This document shows, one piece after another, positions 52,468 through 63,895 of a DNA stretch of 64,000 nucleotides (positions are counted from its first letter, which is position 1; each line of letters starts with the position of its first letter). The position numbers and the translations under genes were made by a program. The DNA is from Lama guanicoe (Eukaryota): positions 515,058 through 579,057 of the forward strand of contig MU053487.1 of the NCBI GenBank assembly GCA_013239625.1. The letters are read 5' to 3'. The notes beneath the pieces were generated by a model. It searched no databases. It was not told the DNA's origin and worked only from the letters and a program-made list of their open reading frames with translations.

Positions 52468-53634
52468 GTATGAAGCACAAAAGAAATGACAGCTAACTGA
52501 CCAGTATAGATGTGGAAATATAGTTTGGGAAGTTAAGGTGTTTGCGGTTGGACCAAATTATTCTTTGTCTTGAATTTCTTAGCTTTACTGCCTTTTGCCC
52601 CGAGAGCTTTGTTACAAGTGGGAGAAAGCTTAATGAAGGTGGTAATATTTCATGGGAACTTTGAAGAATGAATTTTATATCTCATCAGGCGGAGGGGGTA
52701 TAGGCATTCCAGGTACCAGGAGTTAGCACAGAGATGTCAAAAGTCAGGGACACTTTGTTGGGGGATAGGAAGTTGGCCAATTTGAGTGACCAGTGAGGGA
52801 ACAGGAGTAGTCAGAGCTGATCTGTGGTGGGGAAGGGGTTGGGCAGGTCTTTTATATTCTGTCCTGATGGTTTGAATGATGATAGATTTGTGATCTGCCT
52901 GTGTCTCAGAGTGCTTACTAAATATGTTTTAAGTATTTTCTTGCCTTTCCTTTAAATAGTTTAGGGAAATGCTTTTACTTGTTTTTACCAATTACTTTGC
53001 TTTTGAGGGAACAAGTGATTTTTAAGTTTTTTAGATATATAATTCCTTTTGGTAATTTAACTCCATAATGATCACTGAATATAGGTATCTTGATGTAAAT
53101 ATGGTAGATGCAATGTAAAACCCTCTGAAGAGAGCATAGACATACTTCCAGAGAGGGGATAGTGAAGTAACATTTTAATTTGATTTAAAATGCTTTGTTG
53201 AAATAGGTAAGCTGAGAAAACTCTCCAGAGTGCCTTTGGAAATTCTTCTAAGGGTTTCTGAAATGACACCTGCATTTCTGAAGTGAATGTGCAGATTTAA
53301 CACTTCCATTTAAATAGGTTTAGTGTCTTTATTAAGTTAGTTGACTATTCTCTAGGAATTGGGAACATGTTCATGTTCATGAAATGTCTTAACTTGTTGC
53401 CATTTAATTTTGGAGGACAGTGCTTTCTAAAGATGATTTTATTTTTATTTTCTTAGGTAGTCTTCGGTCATATTTAATGTTAAGGTACTAGACTAAGACA
53501 CATGACTGTGTCTCATGTAGAGGATTTTAGTTCTTTAGCTTTAACCGTCACTGACAAATGAGCTTTAGATTGTGTTCCTCTTTAGATTAAAACGTTGCTC
53601 AGGTTTCCCACTTGTGTTTGTTCTTTGCTCATAG

Positions 53635-53729
53635 TTTTACAATGAGCTGACTGAAATACTCGTCAGGTTCCAAAACAAATGCAGCGATATAGTGTTTGCA
53701 CGGAAGACAGAAAGAGATGAACTCTTAAA
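53635..53729 (+). CDS. PDCD6IP: ALIX exon 15 (first codon is F676 of the YPXnL late-domain pocket)
   Basis: ctcatag|[35 protein letters not shown]; donor AA|gtaagt. Confidence 0.97.
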
Positions 53730-54199
53730 GTAAGTTTGTTTTATGTATCAGATTGTATTTTGAAGTATTCTTCTTTTAAGAAATCATTTCTGCTACCTCT
53801 TTTTAAAAAATCCTATGTGGAGACTTCTGCAGTGAGTTGGCAAAGTGAGATAGCAATCTCCTTCCTTCCCTCCGTGGTGTTTTACAAAGCAGCAAGCAAA
53901 CAACTGGGTGGTCTGAGAACAGAAGGATGAGAAGGAGCAGAAACTCTGGGTGTAGGAGTATGGCAATGTCACGGAAATGATGGCAGAACAGGGCAACAGA
54001 GCTCAGGAAATGCAGATAAGCATAAGCAGTTTACCTCAAAGTTGCAAATATGTTCCTCATAGGAAACTAGAGCTGTAGAACATGAGGGAGACGGGGCGAC
54101 AGCTCAGGAAATGTCAGCAAAATCACTTTCTGGAGGAGCCTACTGAGGAAGCTGACAAGTAACATAGGACCAGCATGGTGCTGAGTACTCAGTCAACAG

Positions 54200-55150
54200 A
54201 AAGCTGACGCATATCGGAATGAAGATACAGTGTTCATTAAGGGAAAAAGAAAACACAGTTTTACAAAACTTAATAGATGGAGAATATTCACTGAAATAAT
54301 AGTGTCACAGAACAGATGAAAGTTTTACCATGAATTAAAGAAAAAGCTTATGAAGCAGGCAGTTTAAGGAACAACACAAAATAATGCCAGAACTCAAGGA
54401 AAGTGATAAGAAAACAGGAGGGGATAAGACATGAGGTGTCAGGATTCAGGAAACAAGCAGAAGAGAAGAACAAAGGCATCACAGGTACAGGATGAAACAG
54501 GAAGGAACAAAGAGGAGAACAGACAGTGAGGAGAACACAGGAGCTCAGAGTGGAGAATAAGTAATCAAAGAAAAGGAAACCAAAGCAAAGAAAGAGCTAA
54601 AAAGGATTAGAGAAGGTGGGCAAAGAAGATCCAATACATATAAAATTGAATTCCCTTCGAAGAAAAATCAAAACAGCAGACAGAACAAACTTTTAATGAT
54701 ATTATTCAAGAACATTTCCATAAAATAAGTGAAAGCTTGTTGAAAGGGTATATATCGTTTGTTCAGGAAAGATGAACAAGAACTGTCAACACCAAGGCAT
54801 GTAAAGTATTAGCCTTAAAAGATAAGGCAGAATCCTTTAGGCAGTCAGGCAAAAAGATGAAGCCAGTTTATAAAAAGGTGAAAAAATGTCGGTAGGCAGC
54901 ACTGCATGCCAGCAGAGGGTGGGGTGATTGCTGTTGGAACTCAAGGAATGTGCGCCAAGATGTGAGCCAAAGGGTTTATGTGCACACTGCCCTTCAGGTG
55001 CATACAGAGTCACGTGTTCATTCTGGTGAACATGCAGAACCCAGAGACGGTTATGCTCATGGGCCTTTCTTGAGCCCTTCAGATGACCTGACTGTTGTTC
55101 TCTCTGTCCGCAGTGAACCTGTTTTCCATAGAAGCAGAAGTTACGAGTTA
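54200..55150 (+). mobile_element. Degenerate L1 ORF1 / HAL1-like region
   Basis: A-rich + strand with ORF1-like remnants (agatccaatacata...attcaagaacatttcc...aacaccaaggcat). Confidence 0.5.
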
Positions 55151-56783
55151 CCTCCTCCCGCCCCCAGTAAAGAGCAGGACGGGTTGTTTTCAGTCTTCCT
55201 TCTAAACCTTTAAAAGGCAAATCATAAGAATGCCTTTTAAATGGTTCTAGAGATTTAAATAAAAACCCCTCCAGATTAGTCTTACTGATAAGAAAGTCTG
55301 ACAGAGTTAATTAAAACAAAAGTCTTCAGACCAGCTTCATTTATGAATGTGGATGTGAAAGTCCTAAATAAAATTCTTGCCATTGATATTCTCCAGTCTC
55401 TTCCTGTCATGGTATAGCATCCTTCTAATGTGTTTGTGAAAAAGGAGAAGATAAAAATACACGTTTGAGTTGGTTTATTTCTGATAAGGAAGTTCTGAAC
55501 AGGTTCTTAAGAAGTAAAGAATAATAGTTGTCTGTGGGAGTGAATGGTGGAGTGAGAATCTGTAGGTAGTGGTCTGTCACTGTTTAGTTTTTGAATCAAG
55601 TGAATATATTTTCAGAAAATTACATTAATCTAAATAATTAAAGGGATTTTATCTTTTATAGTCACAACCAAGTAGTCTGTAATTTTATTTTTCAGATTGT
55701 GTACCCCAGCATTTTTCCTTTTTGGGGAGGGGAGCTGTGGAACCCTTTGTTCAAACTCAATCTTGCAGAGAACCCCAGTTTGTGAAACATAAAAATGGAT
55801 CTGTAATTTAATAGCTTTGATTTATATAATTAGCAAGTGGGTAGGAAATTCTCATTTGTCCTATAAGTGTGTTATTTACTCCAGCCATCTCTGGAGTTTA
55901 TCAAAGTATTACGTTTTATATGCTTTATAATATAATTATACATGTTAGATATTATGTTTGTGATTAAATATTGAATATCTAATTAAATAACTTAAATATA
56001 TAAGTAATTATAAACAAATATTTTAAATAATAGATATAAGTATTTTACTATATATGAGATGATACATATATTAGATGTTTCAAAATCTAACCATTTAAAA
56101 TTTTTATATTGATTAAAAACTTACAGTTTATATTGTGAGGATTTATTACAAATTTACCAACGTTAACTGGTACTTTTGATTTCTTGATGAATGTGTGTTA
56201 GTTTTCTTTGTATGTCCAATGTCTAATTTAACTTCCAACTGAGATTCTTTTTGAGAGTGTAAGTGTGGTCTGGGGGACTCTGGAAATTGCTGTTAATTGT
56301 TATATCAGGACAGCAGGTGCTGTTGAGACACTGTGGGTCATGTCATGTTTACTGTGTGTGCATCGGTACAGTAAGAAGCTGGTTGATACCAAGTATTTCA
56401 CAGAGTGCATTTGACTTTAGAGCTTTGATTAGTGAGATTTGGGGGTGCATTCCGGTTTACTGTTAGAGGAGACTTTAACGTATTAAAAAATGTTAATACT
56501 ATAATTTAATCGTCCTTTTAAGAATCTATCTTTAATGAATTTACTTTAATAGATTATCAGGTATCTTTTAACGTAAAATATTTCAGTGTCACATTTTGAA
56601 TATATTCAGAAAGTTTTCATCAAGAAATTTGCATCATGGTTTGAATGGGTTCACTTTCTCACTGTTGTTTTGTCTTCTGTAAACACTGGTATGATACAGT
56701 GATTAAAATATTAGCTAGGTGACTATGAACAGTTGTAGTTTTCTGATAATTTTTAGATGATCATTTAGGAGTTTCTCAACTAG

Positions 56784-56873
56784 GGAGGAGGGAAATAGCT
56801 CGGTGGTAGAGCACATGCTTAGCATGCACGAGGTCCTGGGTTCAATCCCTAGTAGCTCCGTTAAAAGAAAAAA
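56784..56873 (+). mobile_element. tRNA-Ala-derived SINE (short form)
   Basis: A and B boxes, short A tail; TSD GAGTTTCTCAACTAG (56769-56783) / GAGTTTCTCCTCTAG (56874-56888). Confidence 0.9.
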
Positions 56874-57223
56874 GAGTTTCTCCTCTAGGGGATGACCTCT
56901 TGTTAGAGAGAGGGCAGTCTCTTAGGATGGCTTGCCTAGTTTGACATGCTACTTACTCTAGCTGTGACTGATGTCTGAAAAAGTTTACCTATTCTTCAGA
57001 AATAGAATAAGAACTAACTTTACTTTATTCAATAGTAGGAGGAAAGAAGATTTCAGTTAGTTCTAGTCAAGAACAAAAATGTACTATATTTTAAAATACC
57101 GTCACTGTTTAGAGTCAATTTTCTGTGTTTCATATATGAAGAAAAGAAAGAAAACAATCTGGTGTTTTGTATGTCTTGGTTTTCAAAATTGTGTTAATTT
57201 CTAACACTTCTGTCTTTGATAAG

Positions 57224-57347
57224 GGACTTGCAACAAAGCATTGCCAGAGAACCTAGTGCTCCTTCAATTCCTACACCTGCATATCAGTCCTCTCCAGCAG
57301 GGGGACATGCTCCCACTCCTCCAACTCCAGCGCCAAGAACCATGCCG
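57224..57347 (+). CDS. PDCD6IP: ALIX exon 16 (start of the proline-rich domain; PSAP TSG101 motif at 57252-57263; PTPAPR)
   Basis: tgataag|G GAC; DLQQSIAREPSAPSIPTPAYQSSPAGGHAPTPPTPAPRTMP; donor CCG|gtcagt. Confidence 0.96.
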
Positions 57348-58466
57348 GTCAGTAAGCAACCACATTTTTAAAAGGGAAGTTTTATGTTACAGCTTGCTTG
57401 CTGTAAAGGATAAAACAGACTTTATGTTATAGAGAGATACTGATCACCACTTTCATCAGGACCAACCTTCTGATGCTTTGCAGTGTGAAGAATACAGCAT
57501 CTCTCATGAATTCTAGTCCCAAAATGTTTCACTTGAATCTAATCAAGTCTTTAGAACCGACTTTCACTTTGTAGCAAATACATTGATAAAACAAGAAGTT
57601 AAATCTTGCCATTAGAAAATGCTTGGACAGTCAATAACTGGGACATTCTGTAAGACACCCAGCTTGGTCTTTTCTAAAAGTGAATGTCATAGAAAAAAAA
57701 AAAAAAGTCAGGGGCATTGTCTAGATTAAAAGAGGAAAGATTCGTAATAATCAGATGCAACCCATGAACCTCAATTGGATCTTGGTTCATAAAAAACACC
57801 TAGAAGAGCTTTTTTTTGATAAATAGAGAAACTTGAATGTGGAGTGAATACTCAATATTAGGGAGTAATTACTCATTTTCTCAGGGTGAAATGGTATTGT
57901 GATTATGTAGGATAATATTAGGAATTGTATGCTGAAATCTTTAGGGCTGGTGTTCTGAAGTTTGCAATTTAACTTTCAAATGGTTCTGCAAACATATAGA
58001 TAGATAAATATATGGATATAGCTAAAGATAAATCAGATATGGCCAAATGTTAGTAATTAATGAATTGGTAAATAGGTGATTATTTATGGTAGTATTCTTT
58101 TAAGTTTTCTGGTGTTTGAAATTTTTCCTGTGAAAGCTCACGGGGCCAAGGGGAGATTACAGTAATAAACTGTACCTGGCCCACTCCTTCCTCCCACCTC
58201 AAATGTCTGACCATTGATGGGCGCAGGAATGAGCAGTAAATGATTAACTGTTAGCCATGAGGAAGAGAACAGTGGCTGTGGAGTATCCACAAATTGGAGA
58301 ATTATTTTTCAGCTACATTTGTAGAGTGATAAGCCCACACTTAACAATGGGAATTAGAAATATATTTGGTTGGATTCTAGAGTTTCTCATATGCCCTCAT
58401 TTATTTTAATTGATAATTGACAGAAACATGATACGTCTTGTAGTCAGTGCTGACTTTTTCTTACAG

Positions 58467-58681
58467 CCTACTAAGCCCCAGCCCCCAGCCCGGCCTCCAC
58501 CTCCTGTGCTTCCAGCAAATCGAACTCCTGCTACTGCTCCAGCTGCAGCTCCAGCTCCAGCTGCAGCTCCAGAATATAGTTCCCTGGGCACCACTGCACC
58601 AGCTCCATCGCAGACTCCTGGTTCAGCTCCCCCTCCACAGGCCCAGGGACCCCCATACCCCACCTATCCAGGGTATCCCGG
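58467..58681 (+). CDS. PDCD6IP: ALIX exon 17 (PARPPPP, GPPYPTYPGYPG)
   Basis: cttacag|CCT; PTKPQPPARPPPP...QGPPYPTYPGYPG; donor GG|gtaagg. Confidence 0.97.
58536..58571 (+). repeat. Coding tandem repeat GCTCCAGCTGCAGCTCCA x2 (APAAAP x2)
   Basis: Two perfect 18-nt units inside exon 17. Confidence 0.95.
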
Positions 58682-58741
58682 GTAAGGCTGAAACTTTGTA
58701 CATCCCAATGAATTAGCTAATATTTCTAGCTCTGGTTAAAT

Positions 58742-59296
58742 TTTTTTTAAAGTTTAAAGTTTTTTACAATGTTGTCTTAATTTCTGATATACAGCATAGT
58801 GATTCATTTATGCATATATATATAAATATATTCCTTTTCATATTCTTTTCATCATAGGCCATTACAAGGTATTAAATATAGTTCCCTGTGCTATACAGTA
58901 GGACCTTGTTGTTTATCTGTTTTATGTATAGTAGTTAGTATCTGCAAATCCTGAACTCTGAATTTATCCCTCTCCACCCCTGCCCCGCCTTGGTAACCGT
59001 AAGTTTGTTTTCTTTGTAAGTCTGTTTCTGTTTTCTAAATAAGTTCATTTGTGTCATTTTTTTAAGATTCCACATACAAGTAATATCATACGGTATTTTT
59101 CTTTCTCTCTCTGGCTTACTTCATTTAGTATGATGATCTCCAGGTCTATCCATGTTGCTGCAAATGGCATTATTTCACTTTTTTTAATGACTGCGTAGTA
59201 TCACATTGTGTATATATACCACAACTTCTTCATCCATTCATCTGTCTATGGCCATTTAGTTTGCTCCCATGCCTTGGCTATTGTAAATAGTGCTGC
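58742..59296 (-). mobile_element. L1 3' end, same subfamily as 43190-43775, starting ~60 nt after exon 17
   Basis: Collinear high similarity with the 43.2-43.7 kb copy (cataggccattacaaggtatt...gttccctgtgct.tacagtaggaccttgttg). Confidence 0.88.
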
Positions 59297-59681
59297 TTAG
59301 TTAATCTTTTAAAAACAAAGTCATCCCTTCTCTGAATGGAGGTATCATAAATGAATAAGCTTCATTGTCAGCTCACAAGGAAATATGCGTTAAATAATGT
59401 TATAGTCACTTTATTTGAGTAGTTGAATAGCCATTTCCCAGGCTTACTTAATATGTCTTTAGTTCTTACATATGGGGTTTATATTAAATGCCATCTTTAC
59501 TGTATGGAATTCAGAATATGTTTCCCTGGTTCTCTTTACTTAGGTGTGATAAACCGATGGCTGCTTTTTCTGAGCTTAGCATAGCAAGATTGATAAGGTC
59601 TTACTTATATACCTATGCTTTGAAGTCTTGGCATTCTGATCAACTGTTGAATAGAAATCTATCAAATTATGCATGTGCTTT

Positions 59682-59852
59682 TTTTTTTTAAGTTTTAAAA
59701 ATTATTTTTTTTTCGGAAGGGATTAGGTTTATTTATTAAAAGTTTGCTTGTTGATTTTATTATTATTAATTTTTTATGGAGGTACCAGGGATTGAACCCA
59801 GGACCTCATGCATGCTAAACACACACTCTACCACTGAGCTATATCCTCCCCC
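59682..59852 (-). mobile_element. tRNA-Ala-derived SINE (camelid Vic-like)
   Basis: Reverse complement GGGGGAGGATATAGCTCAGTGGTAGAG...GGTTCAATCCCT; TSD TGCATGTGCTTT / TGCATGTACTTT. Confidence 0.9.
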
Positions 59853-60367
59853 TGCATGTACTTTCTTAAAAATCATCTTTCTTTGGGATAATTTTTTTAA
59901 TCTTAAAAATCCAGAATTTAACTACCTTTTGAGATGTCTTCCAAACTGTACTTAGTATATTATCTCTTCCAAATACTAAAATTTTGTGAACAGTAAATTT
60001 ATGAGCATTACAATGTACATTGAATTTTGTGAAACAGAAATGTTCTTAGGTTGCCACGTTAAAATGAGGGGTCTCTGTTTTTATTCCTTGTTTATAGTTG
60101 AATATTTAGTCTTACTTCCTTCAACAATCTTATTTTTGGGGTAGTATTAAACACTTGGTTTTCTTCCATTTCAGTTAATAACAGGATAGAGCACATTTCT
60201 CTAGCAAGTACCTTGATACAGCTGCTTTTTCTCTCCACTGTTCTTCAGTAGACTGAGAAATAGAGAAAAATGGCTTTCTAGAGGAAAACTTCATTTTAGA
60301 ATAATTATGTTTTATTTTCTAGTACTTGATTTACCAATCCAGTGTTTTGTGTTCTTCTTCCTATCAG

Positions 60368-60542
60368 GTATTGCCAAATGCCCATGCCCATGGGCTATAA
60401 TCCTTACGCATACGGCCAGTATAATATGCCATATCCACCCGTGTATCACCAGACCCCCGGACAGGCTCCGTACCCGGGACCCCAGCAGCCTTCATACCCC
60501 TTCCCTCAGCCCCCACAGCAGTCTTACTATCCACAGCAGTAA
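60368..60542 (+). CDS. PDCD6IP: ALIX exon 18 (coding part)
   Basis: ctatcag|G TAT TGC; YCQMPMPMGYNPYAYGQYNMPYPPVYHQ...SYYPQQ TAA. Confidence 0.98.
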
Positions 60543-61013
60543 TATGTCAGCTCAGAAGCTCAGCTGGTTCTGGTCAAAGGAAAAGAAATACCAGCCCTGC
60601 AATAAGTGTACTAAACTCTACGCTCTGGTTAATAGAACGTACTCTGCTGTACTGAATGCAGTGTGTAATTTCTGTCTGCGGCTAAAAGCTGTGCCCAGTT
60701 CCACATTTGATTGCATATTGAGATTTGCTGCTGTTGCAGTACAAACACTAGGTACAATAGGATTTGAAATAAATGACATTGCAGTTCATGAAAGTTGAAA
60801 ATGAGAAGTTAAACCCACAAGCGAAATGTTTGAAATGATTGTACTTATGTCTACATAAGACGTGATTGGAACATCAGATACTTATTACAATGACGGTTTA
60901 AGTACTCGTATTTGAGAAAACTAAGTTTTCTTTCTCTTTTGGTTTATTGATTTGGTTTAATTTTCATTATGCTATTTTGCATAATCAAAACACTGTAAAT
61001 CTTATAATTTAAA

Positions 61014-61019
61014 AATAAA
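61014..61019 (+). terminator. Proximal polyadenylation signal
   Basis: AATAAA followed about 12-40 nt later by a GU/U-rich element (gttgtcattgttatgttttgtcattg); upstream TGTA at ~60994. Confidence 0.65.
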
Positions 61020-63889
61020 TTACTTAAGAACAGTTGTCATTGTTATGTTTTGTCATTGATTCTCATTACTGTCTAATTTCTTTCTGGTATTAGTCTCTCA
61101 TTTTATATGTACGTAAGTTAAACAGATACTGTGTTAAGTGCATGATTAGTGCAAGGTTAATAGTCAGGTTCAAGTACATTTTATAGGAAAACCAAATGAA
61201 TAATACCATGATTTATCTTTCATAGGCTGATTAGTAAGTTAATTTTGCCATTTACTTTGAAAAAATCCTATAATGTGGAAGAAACACAATTGCTACCAAA
61301 GAGTCTTCAAATAAATATACAAATAAATATGTATAGTTAATGTTTTATTATTAGCTTCTCCAAGAAATCGATGCAAATTGTAGTAATTTTTTTTCATAAC
61401 CTAGTTAAAATAAATACATGTCATTAACAATACTATCTAATGTATTGGAATTGTTTAAAGAAAATTTACTTGTACCCTTCTACTCCTTTCTTTCACCTTA
61501 CTGTCTTAACCTACTAACATTTAATGCACAATGTATGTGAATAGATCTAAGCCCTTTCATTTTTATGATCCTAAAAGATTGAACTATTTTATAATTCAGG
61601 GAGTGCGCAAAACAATTGTTGGGAGCATATGCCATTTCTGGAATAGGCTGTGTATTTAATATTCATGTCTGCTGTTAGGGTAACTAATCACTATATAAAC
61701 CTCAGTGAGACATGCATCGTGGAATGAGAGAACGAGAAAGGAATGAGTTGTCTAATATCACAGTGGGATCTGTTCTGTGTGAGGTTCATTTCTGAACACA
61801 CCAGGCATATGAGCAGATTTCCAATGAACCTGTTTATGTTTATTTTCTAAGTTTTAACGCTGACCTTTTCTTGCATTATTTTTTCACTTAAGTGATACTG
61901 TCAGTTGGTCCACTGTTGTTCTCATTTGACAGTTTGGGTTTATAGTTTAAATGTTGGACTGAGGGTGTGATTGTAAAGGAGTGAATTGGTTTAAAATATA
62001 TGTAAATTAAAAAAAATCTTACTTTATTGTTGTATGTAGAAAACTTGAAGGCATGTTACTTCAATATAAATGAACTTTACATGGAATACTGAAATTGGTT
62101 TAAAGTTCAGTAGTTAAACCTTGGCAAAAATAGTTCTTTACATATCATAGCTAAGTTTTATTAATGTGGAATCCTCAAAGTATGACATGGGCTTGTTTGA
62201 CTCGTGTAAATGGCACTTAATTTCTATATTCTTCTTCTTCAAGGTATCATTACTAACATGAGATACTCAGTGAGATTAGGAATATTCCAAATTGCTAGTT
62301 TATGATGCCCAATGATGCAGAAAAAAGAAAAAAAAAAGTTGGCCTGAATATTCTCTTGGGGAAAGAAGGCACTAAAGAAAAGCGTTAAGAGCATCCGAGG
62401 GCCAGAAGAGAAGTTGCAAGGCCATTTAACCCATTCCCGTGCTAAGACCTGCTCCCGGAGAGCCACGGGGAGTCTGCTCAGAAACTTTAGGGAAGGAGGC
62501 TCCACAGCCCCTCATTGCAGCCTCCCCAGCATGCCTGACTCGCTCAATTCTGTTAGCAAACCCTGGCTCATCCGCTCTCGTCAGTCCGCTCATCATTTAG
62601 ATGATGGAAGATGCTTTCTTTTGGTCACCTGAGTCTTGGTACAGATAGATGACCAGGTTTCTGCAGCCCTTCATTGCTGGGTCTGACTGCAAGGGACTGT
62701 CTAGTTCCATTAAGGTGACTCATGGAAGGAAGTTGCTCTTGTGTCTATTTTGCATTCTAGCTGACAAGAAGGAAGCCCTCACTGGGATTATTTTTGTTAC
62801 CATACTTCTTAATCCTTTGCTTAACTTCCCATATTCCCCAGAATACCCCAAATAGTTGTTATGGATAATGCTTTTTATTTAGAGGCAGGAGAGTGTTACT
62901 GTGGTTCAGGTGTGTTGTTCCTATGTTTATAATTAGGCTTTTTGACAATCTTTCTAAACTAAAGAAAGGACATCATTCCTGGACCATTTATGTTGGGATT
63001 TGTAATACTGTTTTCAATATGGACTATATTTCAACTAATAAAGCTCTGCACAGAAGAGCTGGTCTGAAGTGGGGGAAAAACTAACTTCTCTCATTCCTTG
63101 TTCCTAGTTGGGAGACAGACGGCTTCACTCTTCTCAGTCTGGTGTAAAGTACTGGTCTACTCCTGTGCCCCCCTTGGTCTTTATTCTCATTTAAGAAAAA
63201 TAGTCGTATGTCACTGCAATCTTTGTGCCGCACCCAACGATTTATGAACTCCCCCTCCCCAAAAACAAAAAAAGAAGAACAAGGCTTCGCGGAGCCTTCT
63301 GTCCCTGATTTTCTATCCCAGTCAGCAGCCTTTCTAGTCAAAACAGATTAAAAAAGTATTTTCCATGAGAGCATTACAGTTTGCAAAAGTGCTTTGTACA
63401 CATCTTCTAGTTTCATAAACATGGCAAAGTGCAATTTGTTAAGTAGGTTTCAGTTTGCTAATGAATTTTTTTTTAAACAGTATATTGGAAGGATCTTGCT
63501 ACAACCTTGTGGCTTTTTTTTTTTTTGGACACTTGCAATTATTAGTTGATTCACAGTATAGAACAGGATACAAAGTAGGAAAAAAACAGTGCTATAGCAT
63601 TATAATTACTAGTTTAAAAATAGGCTTTAAAATTGGTTGATTATAAGATTTACATTGAAGAGCAAAGAAGGAAAAATTATATTTTTAAAGAAAAAGAGAA
63701 TATTCAGGCTTTATTTCTGGTATGAAGTTTATATTTTTTAAAAAATCCTATATTATCACACCAGAGATTTTAGATTCTTTTCTGGTTACAAACATTGCTG
63801 GTAGTTGGATTATATTTTTATTGTATTCATTTCTCTTAGGGAGAAAATTGTAAAGAAAACAAAAGGTTCCAGATGAAATGTATCCTAGA

Positions 63890-63895
63890 AATAAA
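63890..63895 (+). terminator. Distal polyadenylation signal
   Basis: AATAAA with upstream TGTA motifs and U/GU-rich downstream sequence. Confidence 0.7.

Larger units (their letters stand above)
3323..60542 (+). other. PDCD6IP: PDCD6IP/ALIX gene body, start to stop codon; 18 coding exons, 2634-nt CDS, 877 aa
   Basis: Spliced translation runs MATFISVQLKKTSEVDLAKPL...SYYPQQ*. Exon lengths 209,55,70,128,154,101,117,223,124,178,112,170,249,135,95,124,215,175 sum to 2634 with consistent phases. Landmark residues I212, Y319, F676 and PSAP 717-720 fall at the known ALIX numbering. Confidence 0.99.

Noticed and set aside
58406..58716. Antisense and alternative-frame ORFs over exon 17 (including the LQLQLQ frame)
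   Set aside because: Shadow frames of a GC-rich, repetitive Pro/Ala exon with no independent start or splice support.
43190..59296. Direct-orientation L1 pair (43.2 kb and 58.8 kb) as a recombination substrate around exons 12-17
   Set aside because: Only ~550 nt and visibly diverged; this is common in mammalian introns and there is no sign of rearrangement.
3532..60367. Intronic snoRNA, miRNA or nested gene
   Set aside because: I saw no convincing C/D or H/ACA box arrangement, long hairpin or second spliced ORF by eye. An Infernal/Rfam scan would be needed to exclude them.
60307..60798. 163-aa alternative-frame ORF over exon 18
   Set aside because: It starts in the intron and needs a different phase from the exon 17-18 junction; no recognisable protein.
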